Origin: Candidatus Cloacimonadales bacterium
GTDB taxonomy: Bacteria > Cloacimonadota > Cloacimonadia > Cloacimonadales > JAFGVF01
Direction: 5' to 3'
Assembly: GCA_963663475.2 (NCBI GenBank)
Contig: CAXXJV010000001.1
Location: forward strand, 1,824,001 to 1,888,000
DNA length: 64,000 bases
Program-made: the position numbers and the translations under genes
Shown: piece after piece, positions 50,596 through 60,328 of the stretch
How positions within the stretch are numbered: the stretch's first letter is position 1
Layout of the letters: every line of letters starts with the position of its first letter
Notes under the pieces: generated by a model
Database searches by the model: none
Told to the model about the DNA's origin: nothing
What the model saw: only the letters and a program-made list of their open reading frames with translations

Positions 50596-51783
50596 GTGTT
50601 ATCTTCAAGAAAAGAAGCTAAGATGTGGGATTTGCATTTAGAAATTGCTAAATCTCAACTGATTAAGCATAAAGAGATTCTTTGTGGAGATTCTATTATA
50701 ATTGATAAAGATTATGATAGAGAGACAGCATCTTTAATCTTATCTGATGGATTAGGTTCAGGAGTTAAGGCTAATATCCTATCCACCCTGACAACCAAGA
50801 TCATCTCTGTTATGCTTCAGAACGGACGGAACATAGATGAGATAGTTGAAACTTTAACAGACACTCTACCAACCTGTAATGTTCGTAAATTAGCCTATAG
50901 CACCTTTTCAGTAGCCCAGTTTGGTTCAAATGGAAAGTTGCAATTAGTTGAATACGATAATCCGCCAGCTTTTTTTGTCAGAAATGGAAAAGTCTTAAAT
51001 CTCAATTATGAGATGAGAGAGATTAATGGCAAGAAGATCAATGAAACTTCTTTAGAAGTGCAAGAGGGAGACTTGTTAGTATTTGTTTCTGACGGAGAAA
51101 CTCATGCTGGTATAGGTGGTATCTGGAACCTAGGTTGGGGTTGGGAACACATTGCTGAATTTATTGAACGTATTAGTAAGAAGGCCATGACTGCAAAAGA
51201 AATAGCTTTTGAGATAACAAATGTAGCTAATGAACTTTATGCAAAAGAACCGGGTGATGATACATCAGCAGTGGTAGTAAAAATCAGAAAGAAGAATTTT
51301 GCAACTATGCTTGTGGGAGCTCCCCAGAATCCTGATAATGACAAAGAGATTGTTAACAAGTTAATCAGGGGTGAAGGACGCAAGATAATCTGTGGTGGTA
51401 CTACAAGTAATATTGTTTCTAGAGAGCTTAAAGAGAAGTTAGAAGTAGATTTAGCTACTATCAAAACAGGAATTCCTCCTGTTGGTATTATCAAAGGAAT
51501 AGATCTTTGTACAGAGGGAATTATCACTATTAGTCATGCTCTGGAAATGCTTAAGTCCAACCCAAATTATAAGAGGTTAGAGATTAATAATGATGGTGTA
51601 AGTAGGTTAGTTAGAGAGTTACTTTTAGCTGATGAAATAACCTTGATGATAGGCCAATCTTTAAATTCTGCCCATCAAACATCAAACATGCCTAAAGAAT
51701 TTGGCATGAAACGCAAGATTATGGAATCAATTGCAGACCATTTAACCGAAATGGGTAAAGTGGTTCATTTAGAATATTACTAG
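50596..51783 (+). CDS. SpoIIE/PP2C-family Ser/Thr phosphatase (HfsC-like)
   Basis: CGD, LSDGLGSGVKANILSTLT, AYSTF, SDG, PGDDT, ICGGTT. Confidence 0.9.
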   Translation: MLSSRKEAKMWDLHLEIAKSQLIKHKEILCGDSIIIDKDYDRETASLILSDGLGSGVKANILSTLTTKIISVMLQNGRNIDEIVETLTDTLPTCNVRKLAYSTFSVAQFGSNGKLQLVEYDNPPAFFVRNGKVLNLNYEMREINGKKINETSLEVQEGDLLVFVSDGETHAGIGGIWNLGWGWEHIAEFIERISKKAMTAKEIAFEITNVANELYAKEPGDDTSAVVVKIRKKNFATMLVGAPQNPDNDKEIVNKLIRGEGRKIICGGTTSNIVSRELKEKLEVDLATIKTGIPPVGIIKGIDLCTEGIITISHALEMLKSNPNYKRLEINNDGVSRLVRELLLADEITLMIGQSLNSAHQTSNMPKEFGMKRKIMESIADHLTEMGKVVHLEYY

Positions 51784-51843
51784 ATAATAGCGGAAGATAA
51801 TAATAAATAAATAAAAAAATAAAAAAACTAAATGGAGGAGTCG

Positions 51844-52347
51844 ATGCATAAGACAAAGACTGTTCAAGAGCCTTTGAGAAACTTTGCAAAGGTGAAGGAA
51901 ATAATTGAAAAATATGGTACAGAAAGATCTGCTTTAATACCAGTATTACAAGCAATCCAAGGTGAATTTAGATATTTACCACAAGAGATGTTATCATTTG
52001 TAGCAACTGCTATGAAAATTCCACAAGCGGAAGTTTTTGGAGTTGCAACTTTTTATGCTCAATTCTCAACTCAACCAAAAGGTAAACATATTGTTCAGGT
52101 ATGTGATGGAACTGCTTGTCACGTGAGAGGGGCAGGCGATATTATTAAAAAATTCAAGAAAGATCTTCAGATTCCTGAAGGAAAAAACACAACAGATGAC
52201 TTATACGTTACTTTAGAAACAGTATCTTGCTTAGGTGCCTGTGCTTTAGCACCAGCAGTTGTTGTTGATGGAAAAGTCTATGGTAATGTAAATTTTGAAG
52301 ATGTAGCAAGAATTATTGTTACTATGAAGGAGAGCGACGATGAGTAA
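51844..52347 (+). CDS. hydC: [FeFe]-hydrogenase NuoE-like subunit
   Basis: GVATFYAQF, VCDGTACH, CLGACALAP; ATG 51844 after GGAGG. Confidence 0.92.
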   Translation: MHKTKTVQEPLRNFAKVKEIIEKYGTERSALIPVLQAIQGEFRYLPQEMLSFVATAMKIPQAEVFGVATFYAQFSTQPKGKHIVQVCDGTACHVRGAGDIIKKFKKDLQIPEGKNTTDDLYVTLETVSCLGACALAPAVVVDGKVYGNVNFEDVARIIVTMKESDDE

Positions 52348-54265
52348 AATATTTGAAGAATTAACACGTGAAGCGGTAAACACACCGAAAATTCCTTGTC
52401 GTGAATTTATTAATGCTAAACTAGGCTTAGTAGAATTAGAAGGTGAAAAGGTAAAATTAGCTGAAGAATTATCAACAGTATATCGTAGAGAATCAGGTAT
52501 CTTCGATTGCCAAATAGCTTTATGTAAAGGTACTGGTTGTCATTCTTCAGGTGAAATAGCTCTCTGGGAAAAAATTGACCAAGTATTAAAAGAAAAAGGA
52601 ATCAGAGATAAAGTAAATATAGTTGAAACAGGTTGCCGTGGTTTCTGTGAAATGGGACCTCTTGTAGAGATTTTCCCACAACACATATTCTATTGTAAAG
52701 TAAAACCTGAGCATATTGAAGATATCATTACAAAAACAGTTATGAATAATGAAGTAATTGAAGATTTACTTTTCGATAAAATTCCAATTGCAGAAGAAAT
52801 TCCTTTCTACAAAAAACAAGTTAGACGTGTATTAAAAGAGTCAGGACATATCAATCCTGAAAACATAAATGATTCAATTGTTCATGAAGCTTATCAAGGT
52901 TTCTTAAAAGCTACAAAAATGACTCCTGAAGAAGTTATCGAAACTATGAAAGATTCTGGCCTTAGAGGTCGTGGTGGTGGTGGATTCTCAACAGGTTTAA
53001 AGTGGGAATTTACTAGAGCTACTCCATCTGCTAAAAAGTATATTATCTGTAATGCAGACGAAGGTGACCCAGGTGCCTTTATGGATAGATCTTTACTTGA
53101 AGGCGACCCTCATAAGATTATTGAAGGTATGATGATTGCTGGATACGCTATTGGTGCTGATGAAGGTTATATCTATGTAAGAGCAGAGTATCCTTTAGCA
53201 ATTCACAGACTAGAGATTGCTATTGCCCAATGTAAAGAATTCGGTATTCTTGGAGAAAATGTACTAGGAACTGGCTTTAACTTTAATGTTAAAATCAAAC
53301 AAGGTGCTGGTGCTTTTGTTTGTGGTGAAGAAACAGCTCTTATCTCTTCTATTGAAGGTAAGAGAGGTATGCCAACAGTTAAACCTCCATTCCCATCTAC
53401 AAGTGGTCTCTTTGGTAAACCAACTTCTATTAACAATGTTGAAACTTTCGCTAATGTTCCACTTATCCTCAATAATGGTGTGGAATGGTTTAGAAGTGTT
53501 GGAACTCCAAAATCTGCTGGTACTAAAGTATTTGCTATGACTGGTAAAATCAGAAACACAGGTCTGGTAGAAGTTCCTATGGGAATTACTCTTAGAGAGA
53601 TAGTTTTTGAAATTGGTGGTGGCCTAAAAGATGGAGCAAAGTTTAAAGCTGCTCAAATTGGTGGTCCTTCAGGTGGTTGTTTAACAGAAGAACATTTAGA
53701 TATGCCACTTGATTATGATTCATTACAAGCTGCAGGAGCTATGGTTGGTTCTGGTGGACTTGTGATCTTAGATGACAAAACATGTATGGTAGAGACTGCT
53801 AGATATTTCATGAGTTTTACTCAAAATGAGTCTTGTGGTAAATGTATTCCATGTCGTGAAGGAACAGGCAGAATGCTTGAAATCATGGAAAGAATTGTGA
53901 TTGGTAAAGGAAAGATTGAAGATATTTCCTTACTTGAAGAGTTAGCATATACAATCAAAGATGCAAGTCTTTGTGGTTTAGGTAAAACAGCACCTAATCC
54001 TGTGCTTTCAACATTAAAGTATTTCCATGAAGAATATCTAGCTCATATTAATGACCAACGTTGTCCTGCTGGTGAATGTGCTTCATTAAGAGTATTTGAG
54101 ATTGTTCCAGAACTATGTAAAGGTTGTTCAAAGTGTGCAAGAATCTGTCCTAATGATGCTATCAGCGGTGAGATTAAGAAACCTTATGTAATCGATCAAG
54201 AAAAATGTATCAAGTGTGGTGCTTGTGAATCAGCATGCCCATTCAATGCTATTAAAGTTGGATAG
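52340..54265 (+). CDS. hydB: [FeFe]-hydrogenase NuoF-like flavin subunit
   Basis: N-terminal 2Fe-2S C..TGC...GC.GFC; GLRGRGG, NADEGDPGAFMDR, GGPSGGC, SCGKCIPCREG, 2x[4Fe-4S] C-terminus. Confidence 0.95.
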   Translation: MSKIFEELTREAVNTPKIPCREFINAKLGLVELEGEKVKLAEELSTVYRRESGIFDCQIALCKGTGCHSSGEIALWEKIDQVLKEKGIRDKVNIVETGCRGFCEMGPLVEIFPQHIFYCKVKPEHIEDIITKTVMNNEVIEDLLFDKIPIAEEIPFYKKQVRRVLKESGHINPENINDSIVHEAYQGFLKATKMTPEEVIETMKDSGLRGRGGGGFSTGLKWEFTRATPSAKKYIICNADEGDPGAFMDRSLLEGDPHKIIEGMMIAGYAIGADEGYIYVRAEYPLAIHRLEIAIAQCKEFGILGENVLGTGFNFNVKIKQGAGAFVCGEETALISSIEGKRGMPTVKPPFPSTSGLFGKPTSINNVETFANVPLILNNGVEWFRSVGTPKSAGTKVFAMTGKIRNTGLVEVPMGITLREIVFEIGGGLKDGAKFKAAQIGGPSGGCLTEEHLDMPLDYDSLQAAGAMVGSGGLVILDDKTCMVETARYFMSFTQNESCGKCIPCREGTGRMLEIMERIVIGKGKIEDISLLEELAYTIKDASLCGLGKTAPNPVLSTLKYFHEEYLAHINDQRCPAGECASLRVFEIVPELCKGCSKCARICPNDAISGEIKKPYVIDQEKCIKCGACESACPFNAIKVG

Positions 54266-54275
54266 GAGAGAAAAA

Positions 54276-56294
54276 ATGACTCATCAATATATGGAAGTAA
54301 ATAACAAAAAAGTTGAAATTACCGGAAACGAGAAAAATATATTAGAAGTAGTACGCAATATGGGTATTGAAATACCAACCTTCTGTTATCACTCTGAACT
54401 TTCAGTTTATGGTGCTTGTAGAATGTGTATGGTAGAAGATGAAAGAGGAAACTTAGTTGCTTCTTGTTCATTAAAACCACAAGCTGGAATGAAAATTAAG
54501 ACTCATACTAAGAAGATTATGGAAACAAGAAGAATGATTCTAGAATTATTACTTGCTAACCATCATCAAGATTGTACTACATGTGAAAAGAGTGGAAATT
54601 GTAAGCTTCAAGAACTTGCAGTCAACATGGGTGTAAAAAAGGTTAGATTTAAACCTCGTAAACCATGGCAAGATATTGATACTTCTTCAGCAAGTATAGT
54701 ACGTGATCCTAACAAATGTATTCTTTGTGGCGATTGTGTAAGAATGTGCTCAGAAGTTCAAGGTGTTGGTGTCTTAGGCTTTATCAATAGAGGTCCAGAT
54801 ATTAATGTTGTTCCTGCCTTTGATAAACCAATTGCAGATGTTGATTGTGTAAATTGTGGACAGTGTGTAAGTATTTGTCCTACTGGAGCCTTAACAATAA
54901 AAGATGACACATTAAAAGTTTGGGAAGCATTAAGTGATCCTAAGAAGAAAGTAGTAGTCCAGATTGCTCCTGCTGTTAGAGTAGCCATAGGGGAAGAGTT
55001 CAATCATACAGAAGGAACTAACTACTTATATAAGAGTGTTGCAGCCCTTAAAATGATGGGTGCAGACTATGTTTTTGATACTTCATTCTCTGCAGATTTA
55101 ACAGTAGTAGAAGAAGCATCTGAATTTCTTGATAGAGTAACTAAGGGAGAAAAACTTCCTCAGTTTACCTCATGTTGTCCTGGTTGGGTGACTTACGCTG
55201 AGAAAAATTGTCCAGATCTATTAAATAACTTATCATCGTGTAAGTCACCACAACAGATGTTCGGTGCTGTATTCAAAAAATTCTTTGCTAAGAAGATGAA
55301 TATTCCAACTGAAGATATGTATGTAGTATCAGTAATGCCATGTACTGCTAAGAAGTTTGAAGCTGATAGACCAGAAATGTCAACAGATACTTACCAAGAC
55401 GTAGATGCTGTAATTACAACAGTAGAGTTAGCAAGAATGATTAGAAAAATGGGTATCAAATTTGAAGAATTAGAGCCTGCATCATTAGATATGCCATTTG
55501 GTTTCTCTTCAGGTGCTGGTGTAATCTTTGGAACTTCAGGTGGTGTTGCTGAAGCTGCTCTTAGATATGCTACTGAGAAACTTTCAGGTGAAGTTCTTAA
55601 TGAAGTAAACTTCAAAGAAGTGAGAGGATTGGAAGGTCTAAAAGAAGCTAGCTTTAATATTCATGGAAAAGAAATTAAACTTGCTGTAGTTTCAGGCTTA
55701 GCTAACACACAAAGCTTAATTGAAAAAGTTAGAAATAAAGAAGTTGATTATGACTTCATCGAAGTAATGGCTTGCCCAGGTGGCTGTATTGGAGGTGGAG
55801 GACAACCAGTTCCTAACTCTTCAGAAACCAGAGGTAAAAGATCTAAAGGACTTTATGATATCGATGCAAAATCAACTGTTAAAAAGTCTCAAAATAATCC
55901 AACTATCGAAAAATTATACGATGAGTGGTTGAAAAGCCCTAATAGTGACGAAGCTCACTATGCTCTTCATACTCATTATGGCCACAAAAAAAGAATTGGT
56001 GGCATGGAAATAAAGGATGAAGAAAAGGAAAATTCAACTGAGAAAATGGTAATATCAGTATGTGTTGGCACTAATTGTTACTTGAAAGGCTCTTATGATG
56101 TCTTACAAGAACTAATCGGATTAGCAAGACAGCATGGTGTTGAAGATAAGGTTGAGTTTAAAGGAACCTTCTGTTTAGAAAACTGTAGTAACGGTCCTTC
56201 TATAAAAGTCTCTGATGACCTTCATAAATATGGAATTCAGAAAGAAGAGACTCAGAAGTTCTTCAATAATGTAGTACTTCCGCGTGTTAAATAG
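54276..56294 (+). CDS. hydA: [FeFe]-hydrogenase catalytic subunit (group A3) with C-terminal thioredoxin-like 2Fe-2S domain
   Basis: H-cluster motifs TSCCPGW, MPCTAKKFE, EVMACPGGCIGGGGQ; N-terminal FeS clusters; C-terminal VCVGTNC...FCLENC; ATG 54276 after GGAG. Confidence 0.96.
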   Translation: MTHQYMEVNNKKVEITGNEKNILEVVRNMGIEIPTFCYHSELSVYGACRMCMVEDERGNLVASCSLKPQAGMKIKTHTKKIMETRRMILELLLANHHQDCTTCEKSGNCKLQELAVNMGVKKVRFKPRKPWQDIDTSSASIVRDPNKCILCGDCVRMCSEVQGVGVLGFINRGPDINVVPAFDKPIADVDCVNCGQCVSICPTGALTIKDDTLKVWEALSDPKKKVVVQIAPAVRVAIGEEFNHTEGTNYLYKSVAALKMMGADYVFDTSFSADLTVVEEASEFLDRVTKGEKLPQFTSCCPGWVTYAEKNCPDLLNNLSSCKSPQQMFGAVFKKFFAKKMNIPTEDMYVVSVMPCTAKKFEADRPEMSTDTYQDVDAVITTVELARMIRKMGIKFEELEPASLDMPFGFSSGAGVIFGTSGGVAEAALRYATEKLSGEVLNEVNFKEVRGLEGLKEASFNIHGKEIKLAVVSGLANTQSLIEKVRNKEVDYDFIEVMACPGGCIGGGGQPVPNSSETRGKRSKGLYDIDAKSTVKKSQNNPTIEKLYDEWLKSPNSDEAHYALHTHYGHKKRIGGMEIKDEEKENSTEKMVISVCVGTNCYLKGSYDVLQELIGLARQHGVEDKVEFKGTFCLENCSNGPSIKVSDDLHKYGIQKEETQKFFNNVVLPRVK

Positions 56295-56326
56295 AGAATT
56301 GTCTCCCCAATTCCATTTAGTTAACA

Positions 56327-56353
56327 GGGCTCCCGCAAGGGAGCTCTTTTTTT
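56327..56353 (+). terminator. Rho-independent terminator of hydrogenase operon
   Basis: GGGCTCCC-GCAA-GGGAGCTC then T7. Confidence 0.9.
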
Positions 56354-56356
56354 ACC

Positions 56357-56500
56357 CTTACGACGGGAGTTCCTGAGCTTAGGCTAGGACTTCCGACAAC
56401 TTACTCTTACGACGGGAGTTCCTCAGCTTAGGCTAGGGACTTCCGAAAACTTAACTTTCTTCGTCCGAAGTCCCTTGCCAAGGGCTGAGGAACTCCGGTC
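56357..56500. repeat. Family C REP/BIME-like cluster: two tandem units plus one inverted unit
   Basis: CTTACGACGGGAGTTCCTSAGCTTAGGCTAGG(G)ACTTCCGA at 56357 and 56406; inverted diverged copy 56462-56500. Confidence 0.8.
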
Positions 56501-56635
56501 TCCAACTTCCGATAGATACTAGTTGGCTTAATACATCAATAGGATCAGTTATATGTTCTAACTTAAAAATTAAAAATCATTGACATGATAAAATACCTAT
56601 TTCTAATGACATAAAAACAAAGTTTAGGAGAATAA

Positions 56636-58069
56636 ATGTCAAATAAAGTAAGAGTTAGGTTAGCTCCAAGTCCAACAGGTTATCTACATTTAGGTACTTT
56701 AAGAGTAGCTTTATATAATTATGCATTCGCCAAAAAAAATAATGGCTCATTCATATTAAGAATAGAAGATACAGACCAGAACCGTTTAGTACATGATGCT
56801 GTTGAGAACATAATTTCAACCCTTAATACTATCGGGGTTGATTTTGATGAAGGCCCAAACAAGGGTGGAGACTATGGTCCTTATGTTCAATCAGAGAGAT
56901 TAGATATTTATCATAAATATATTAATGAGTTAGTCGAAAAAGGTTTAGCATACCACTGTTTTTGTGATAAAGAAACATTAGATGATATGAGAGCCAAGCA
57001 AATTGCCAAGAAAGAAGACCCTAAGTATGATAGACGTTGCTTAAAATTATCTAAAGATGAAGTTCAAGCAAGAATCGCAGCAGGAGATTCTTATGTAATC
57101 CGCTTAAGAATGCCTGATGATAGAGTTTTTGCTTTTGATGATGCCATAAGAGGGTTGGTAGAAATTAGTTCTAATCAAGTTGATGATCAAGTTATATTAA
57201 AGTCAGATGGCTTTCCTACCTACCATTTAGCAGCCTGTGTTGATGACCATCTCATGGAAATAACTCATGTATTTAGAGGTGAAGAGTGGATTTCAAGTAC
57301 ACCAAAACACCTCTGGTTGTATGAATCATTAGGTTGGCAAGCACCAAAGTTTGTGCATTTACCTCTGATTATGAACACAGATCATTCCAAGTTAAGCAAA
57401 CGTAAAAATGATGTATCTGTGGAAAATTATCTACAAAAAGGCTATCCTGTAGCAGCTATCATCAATTATATTTCTTTGATAGGTTGGCATACTTCAGATG
57501 ACAGAGAATTCTTTTCCTTAGATGATTTATGTAAAGAATTCAGTTTAGAAAGAGTTAATAAGGCAAATGGGGTCTTTGATATTGTTAAGTTAAACTGGAT
57601 GGCAGGCATGTATATTCGTGACATGTCTAATGAAGATCTTGCTGATAAGTGCAGACCTTTCTTAGAAGAAGCTGGTTATGATGTAAGTGACCAAAGAAAA
57701 CTATTGGCACTAATGGATAATGCTAAAGACAGAATCTATTGTTATTCACAAGTAATTGAGCATTCAAAGATGTTTTATGAAGATTTAACCTTCTCAGATG
57801 AGGATAAAGAGATTTTAGCAGAAGAAGATTCACAGAGAGTTTTAAAGTATTTTGTAGAAAATGCTGATAATATCCCTTGGAATGATAATGAAGAATTGGG
57901 CAAATTCATTAAAGCTGGCTCAAAAGAATTAGGAATCAAAGGTAAGAAATATTTCTTCCCTCTTAGAATATCCCTTTTTGGCTCAAGTCATGGTCCTGAT
58001 ATACCTAAATTATTCAGTATTTTAGGAAAAAATGAAACAATTAAAAGAATGGAAACAGTATTGCAATAG
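56636..58069 (+). CDS. gltX: Glutamate-tRNA ligase
   Basis: RLAPSPTGYLHLG, RIEDTD, PTYH, KLSKR, anticodon-binding domain. Confidence 0.97.
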   Translation: MSNKVRVRLAPSPTGYLHLGTLRVALYNYAFAKKNNGSFILRIEDTDQNRLVHDAVENIISTLNTIGVDFDEGPNKGGDYGPYVQSERLDIYHKYINELVEKGLAYHCFCDKETLDDMRAKQIAKKEDPKYDRRCLKLSKDEVQARIAAGDSYVIRLRMPDDRVFAFDDAIRGLVEISSNQVDDQVILKSDGFPTYHLAACVDDHLMEITHVFRGEEWISSTPKHLWLYESLGWQAPKFVHLPLIMNTDHSKLSKRKNDVSVENYLQKGYPVAAIINYISLIGWHTSDDREFFSLDDLCKEFSLERVNKANGVFDIVKLNWMAGMYIRDMSNEDLADKCRPFLEEAGYDVSDQRKLLALMDNAKDRIYCYSQVIEHSKMFYEDLTFSDEDKEILAEEDSQRVLKYFVENADNIPWNDNEELGKFIKAGSKELGIKGKKYFFPLRISLFGSSHGPDIPKLFSILGKNETIKRMETVLQ

Positions 58070-58102
58070 AGATATAATAAAATATTAAATAGGAGATCAT
58101 AA

Positions 58103-58708
58103 ATGAATTATGTCAAAAAACTTGAGGGCGAAAAAGTAATTTTTGCACCAGTCGAGAAGTCTGAAGCTCGTAAATATATGGCTTGGTATAATGATTTTGA
58201 AATTGGCTTCTTCTTAGGTACTCAAGAAAAACTTATAACAGAAGATGATGAAATTGAAGCCATTGAGAGGCTAAGCAAAGCTGGCTATCTATTTGTAGTA
58301 TTAGATAAAGAAACTAAGACTCCAATAGGCAATTGTGGGATTCACCAGATTGATTGGGTTAACAGGACTGCTGAAATCGGAGTTAATATAGGCAATAAAT
58401 CTTATTGGAATAAAGGCTTTGGTACAGAAACAACTGTCCTTCTTCTAGCATTTGCCTTCCATATTTTGAATCTAAATAATGTTATGTTAAGAGTTCTAGA
58501 GTGTAATCCAAGAGCTATTCATATTTATGAGAAACTTGGTTTCACTCAAATCGGAAGAAGAAGACAAGTGGTTACTGTTGCTAATGAAAACTTTGATATG
58601 CTCTATTACGATATGTTATCTTCAGATTTTGATTCTGATATTATCAGAGATTTAATAAATAAATACAAAAGTGCAGATAAAAATCTTAATAAAATTTCTT
58701 TAATGTAA
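58103..58708 (+). CDS. GNAT acetyltransferase (RimJ/RimL-like)
   Basis: AEIGVNIG..YWNKGFGTE, N.RAIHIYEKLGF. Confidence 0.88.
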   Translation: MNYVKKLEGEKVIFAPVEKSEARKYMAWYNDFEIGFFLGTQEKLITEDDEIEAIERLSKAGYLFVVLDKETKTPIGNCGIHQIDWVNRTAEIGVNIGNKSYWNKGFGTETTVLLLAFAFHILNLNNVMLRVLECNPRAIHIYEKLGFTQIGRRRQVVTVANENFDMLYYDMLSSDFDSDIIRDLINKYKSADKNLNKISLM

Positions 58709-58717
58709 GAGGTAAGT

Positions 58718-59827
58718 TTGATAAATAAAATCAAAGGTCAAGACAAACTTGTAGCATCTTTGATTCGTGCAATAGAAAGTGATAAAGTAGGGCAGAGTTA
58801 TTTGTTTTACGGACCTTCAGGTGTCGGGAAACTAACTACTGCCTTCTATTTTGTTATGGCTATAAATTGTACAAATCGAGAGCAAGGAACTCCTTGTGGT
58901 AAATGCAATTCATGTAAAAAATTCATCAATCTCTCTCATCCAGATTTAATCTACCTCTTTCCAACTCCTAATTTGAAAATGACAGAAGATGGAGAGATAA
59001 AAGATACTAAATATGAAAAAGAATATGAAGCCTATCTACAAAGAAAGATTGATAGCCCTTGGAATGATTATGTTTTCTCAGCTTCATCTGAGATTAGAAT
59101 AGGGGCTATTAGATGGGTGCAAAATAGACTTAGCTTATCAAAAAATGAAGCAAAAAAGAGAATTTGCATTATTGAAGATGCTGATAGAATGAATGTTAAT
59201 ACTGCTAATGCTTTTCTAAAAACTCTAGAAGAACCTCCACCTGATACTGTTATCATCCTAACTAGCTCAAAGCAAAATTCCCTCCTGCCAACTATTCTAT
59301 CACGTTGCCAAAGAGTAGCCTTTAATAATTTATCTAACTCTACTGTGGAAAGAATCTTACGAGAGGACTTTGATTTAGACATTGTAAAAGCAAAAACATA
59401 TGCTAAGATTTCTTATGGGAATGCTGAAAAAGCTATTCAACTAATTTCTGAAGATAGTGATAGTGGAAGACATATTGCTCACAAACTAGTAGAGTTTGCT
59501 CTTAATAATCAAGATCTGGAATTCTTACAGTATCTAGATCAAATTAAAGAGGTAAAACAAAAAAAACAACTGCAAAGTATATATGCTAATATTGTCTTGT
59601 TCTTAATGGATATTATCTACCAAAGAGAAAATCCAGACCTAGTAGTAAATGTAGATTCTCTAAGTTTATTGAGTAGAATAGAAGACTCTAAAATGATCAC
59701 TTCTTTAGAGATTTATAATTTTATTGAAGAGGCAAATGAAGTACAAAGAATGATAGAATTAAACGTATATAACACCCTTATAGTGACTTTTTTATATAAT
59801 CAGTTAAAAAAAATATTAAAAAAATGA
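58718..59827 (+). CDS. holB: DNA polymerase III delta' subunit
   Basis: GPSGVGK, PCGKCNSC, HPD, ANAFLKTLEEPP, LLPTILSRC. Confidence 0.93.
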   Translation: MINKIKGQDKLVASLIRAIESDKVGQSYLFYGPSGVGKLTTAFYFVMAINCTNREQGTPCGKCNSCKKFINLSHPDLIYLFPTPNLKMTEDGEIKDTKYEKEYEAYLQRKIDSPWNDYVFSASSEIRIGAIRWVQNRLSLSKNEAKKRICIIEDADRMNVNTANAFLKTLEEPPPDTVIILTSSKQNSLLPTILSRCQRVAFNNLSNSTVERILREDFDLDIVKAKTYAKISYGNAEKAIQLISEDSDSGRHIAHKLVEFALNNQDLEFLQYLDQIKEVKQKKQLQSIYANIVLFLMDIIYQRENPDLVVNVDSLSLLSRIEDSKMITSLEIYNFIEEANEVQRMIELNVYNTLIVTFLYNQLKKILKK

Positions 59828-59967
59828 AAATAAATTACTAAAATATCCTTAATTGTGAATAATTGTTAAATTACTGAAAAACAGTAACTTACAGATTTGC
59901 GTGAAAAAATATTTTTAACAAATAATCTTCTTAACTGATTATTTATCAGAAAAATAGAAAAAAAAAT

Positions 59968-59996
59968 TTGACAAGATTTAACAAAGTAGCTAGTTT
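59968..59996 (+). promoter_or_regulatory. Putative sigma70 promoter of HU gene
   Basis: TTGACA 59968-59973, 17 bp spacer, TAGTTT 59991-59996. Confidence 0.55.
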
Positions 59997-60033
59997 TGTT
60001 ATTGTATTCGTAAAATAACTCTTAGGAGGAAAA

Positions 60034-60305
60034 ATGACAAGAGACGAATTGATCACAAAAATCGCACAAGATGCTGAAGTTAGCAAAAAGCAAGCTGCTG
60101 AAATTGTTAATGCTTTTTTAGACAACATTCAAAAAGCACTAGCTGAAGGTAAGAAAGTTTCTTTCGTAGGATTCGGAAGTTTTGAAGTAAAACAAAGAAA
60201 CGAAAGAAAAGGTATTAATCCACAAATAAGAAAGAAATTACAATACCTGCACGTAAGGTTCCTGTATTTAAAGCTGGAAAGAAATTAAAAGATGCAGTAA
60301 AGTAA
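60034..60305 (+). pseudogene. hup: DNA-binding protein HU with a 1-bp frameshift near 60226 (pseudogene or assembly error)
   Basis: N-part GFGSF...GINPQ; the canonical tail KKEITIPARKVPVFKAGKKLKDAVK* continues in another frame to 60305. Confidence 0.8.
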
Positions 60306-60328
60306 TTTAATATCTTTAACAAATTTGC

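Noticed and set aside
54216-54275. Longer HydA start given by the ORF track
   Set aside because: Overlaps the hydB end; ATG 54276 has a proper GGAG RBS.
56357-56500. Possible CRISPR array
   Set aside because: Units are adjacent with no unique spacers, the third is inverted, and there are no cas genes in the window.
59851-59872. Rex-like box TTGTGAATAATTGTTAA upstream of HU
   Set aside because: The right half does not match TTCACAA, the DNA is very AT-rich and the target is implausible.
2010-60128. Numerous 60-120 aa ORFs antisense to or overlapping real genes (e.g. 14304-14669, 53203-53559, 59068-59382, 7884-8096)
   Set aside because: Shadow ORFs with no recognisable motifs, lying opposite well-supported genes or inside intron RNA.
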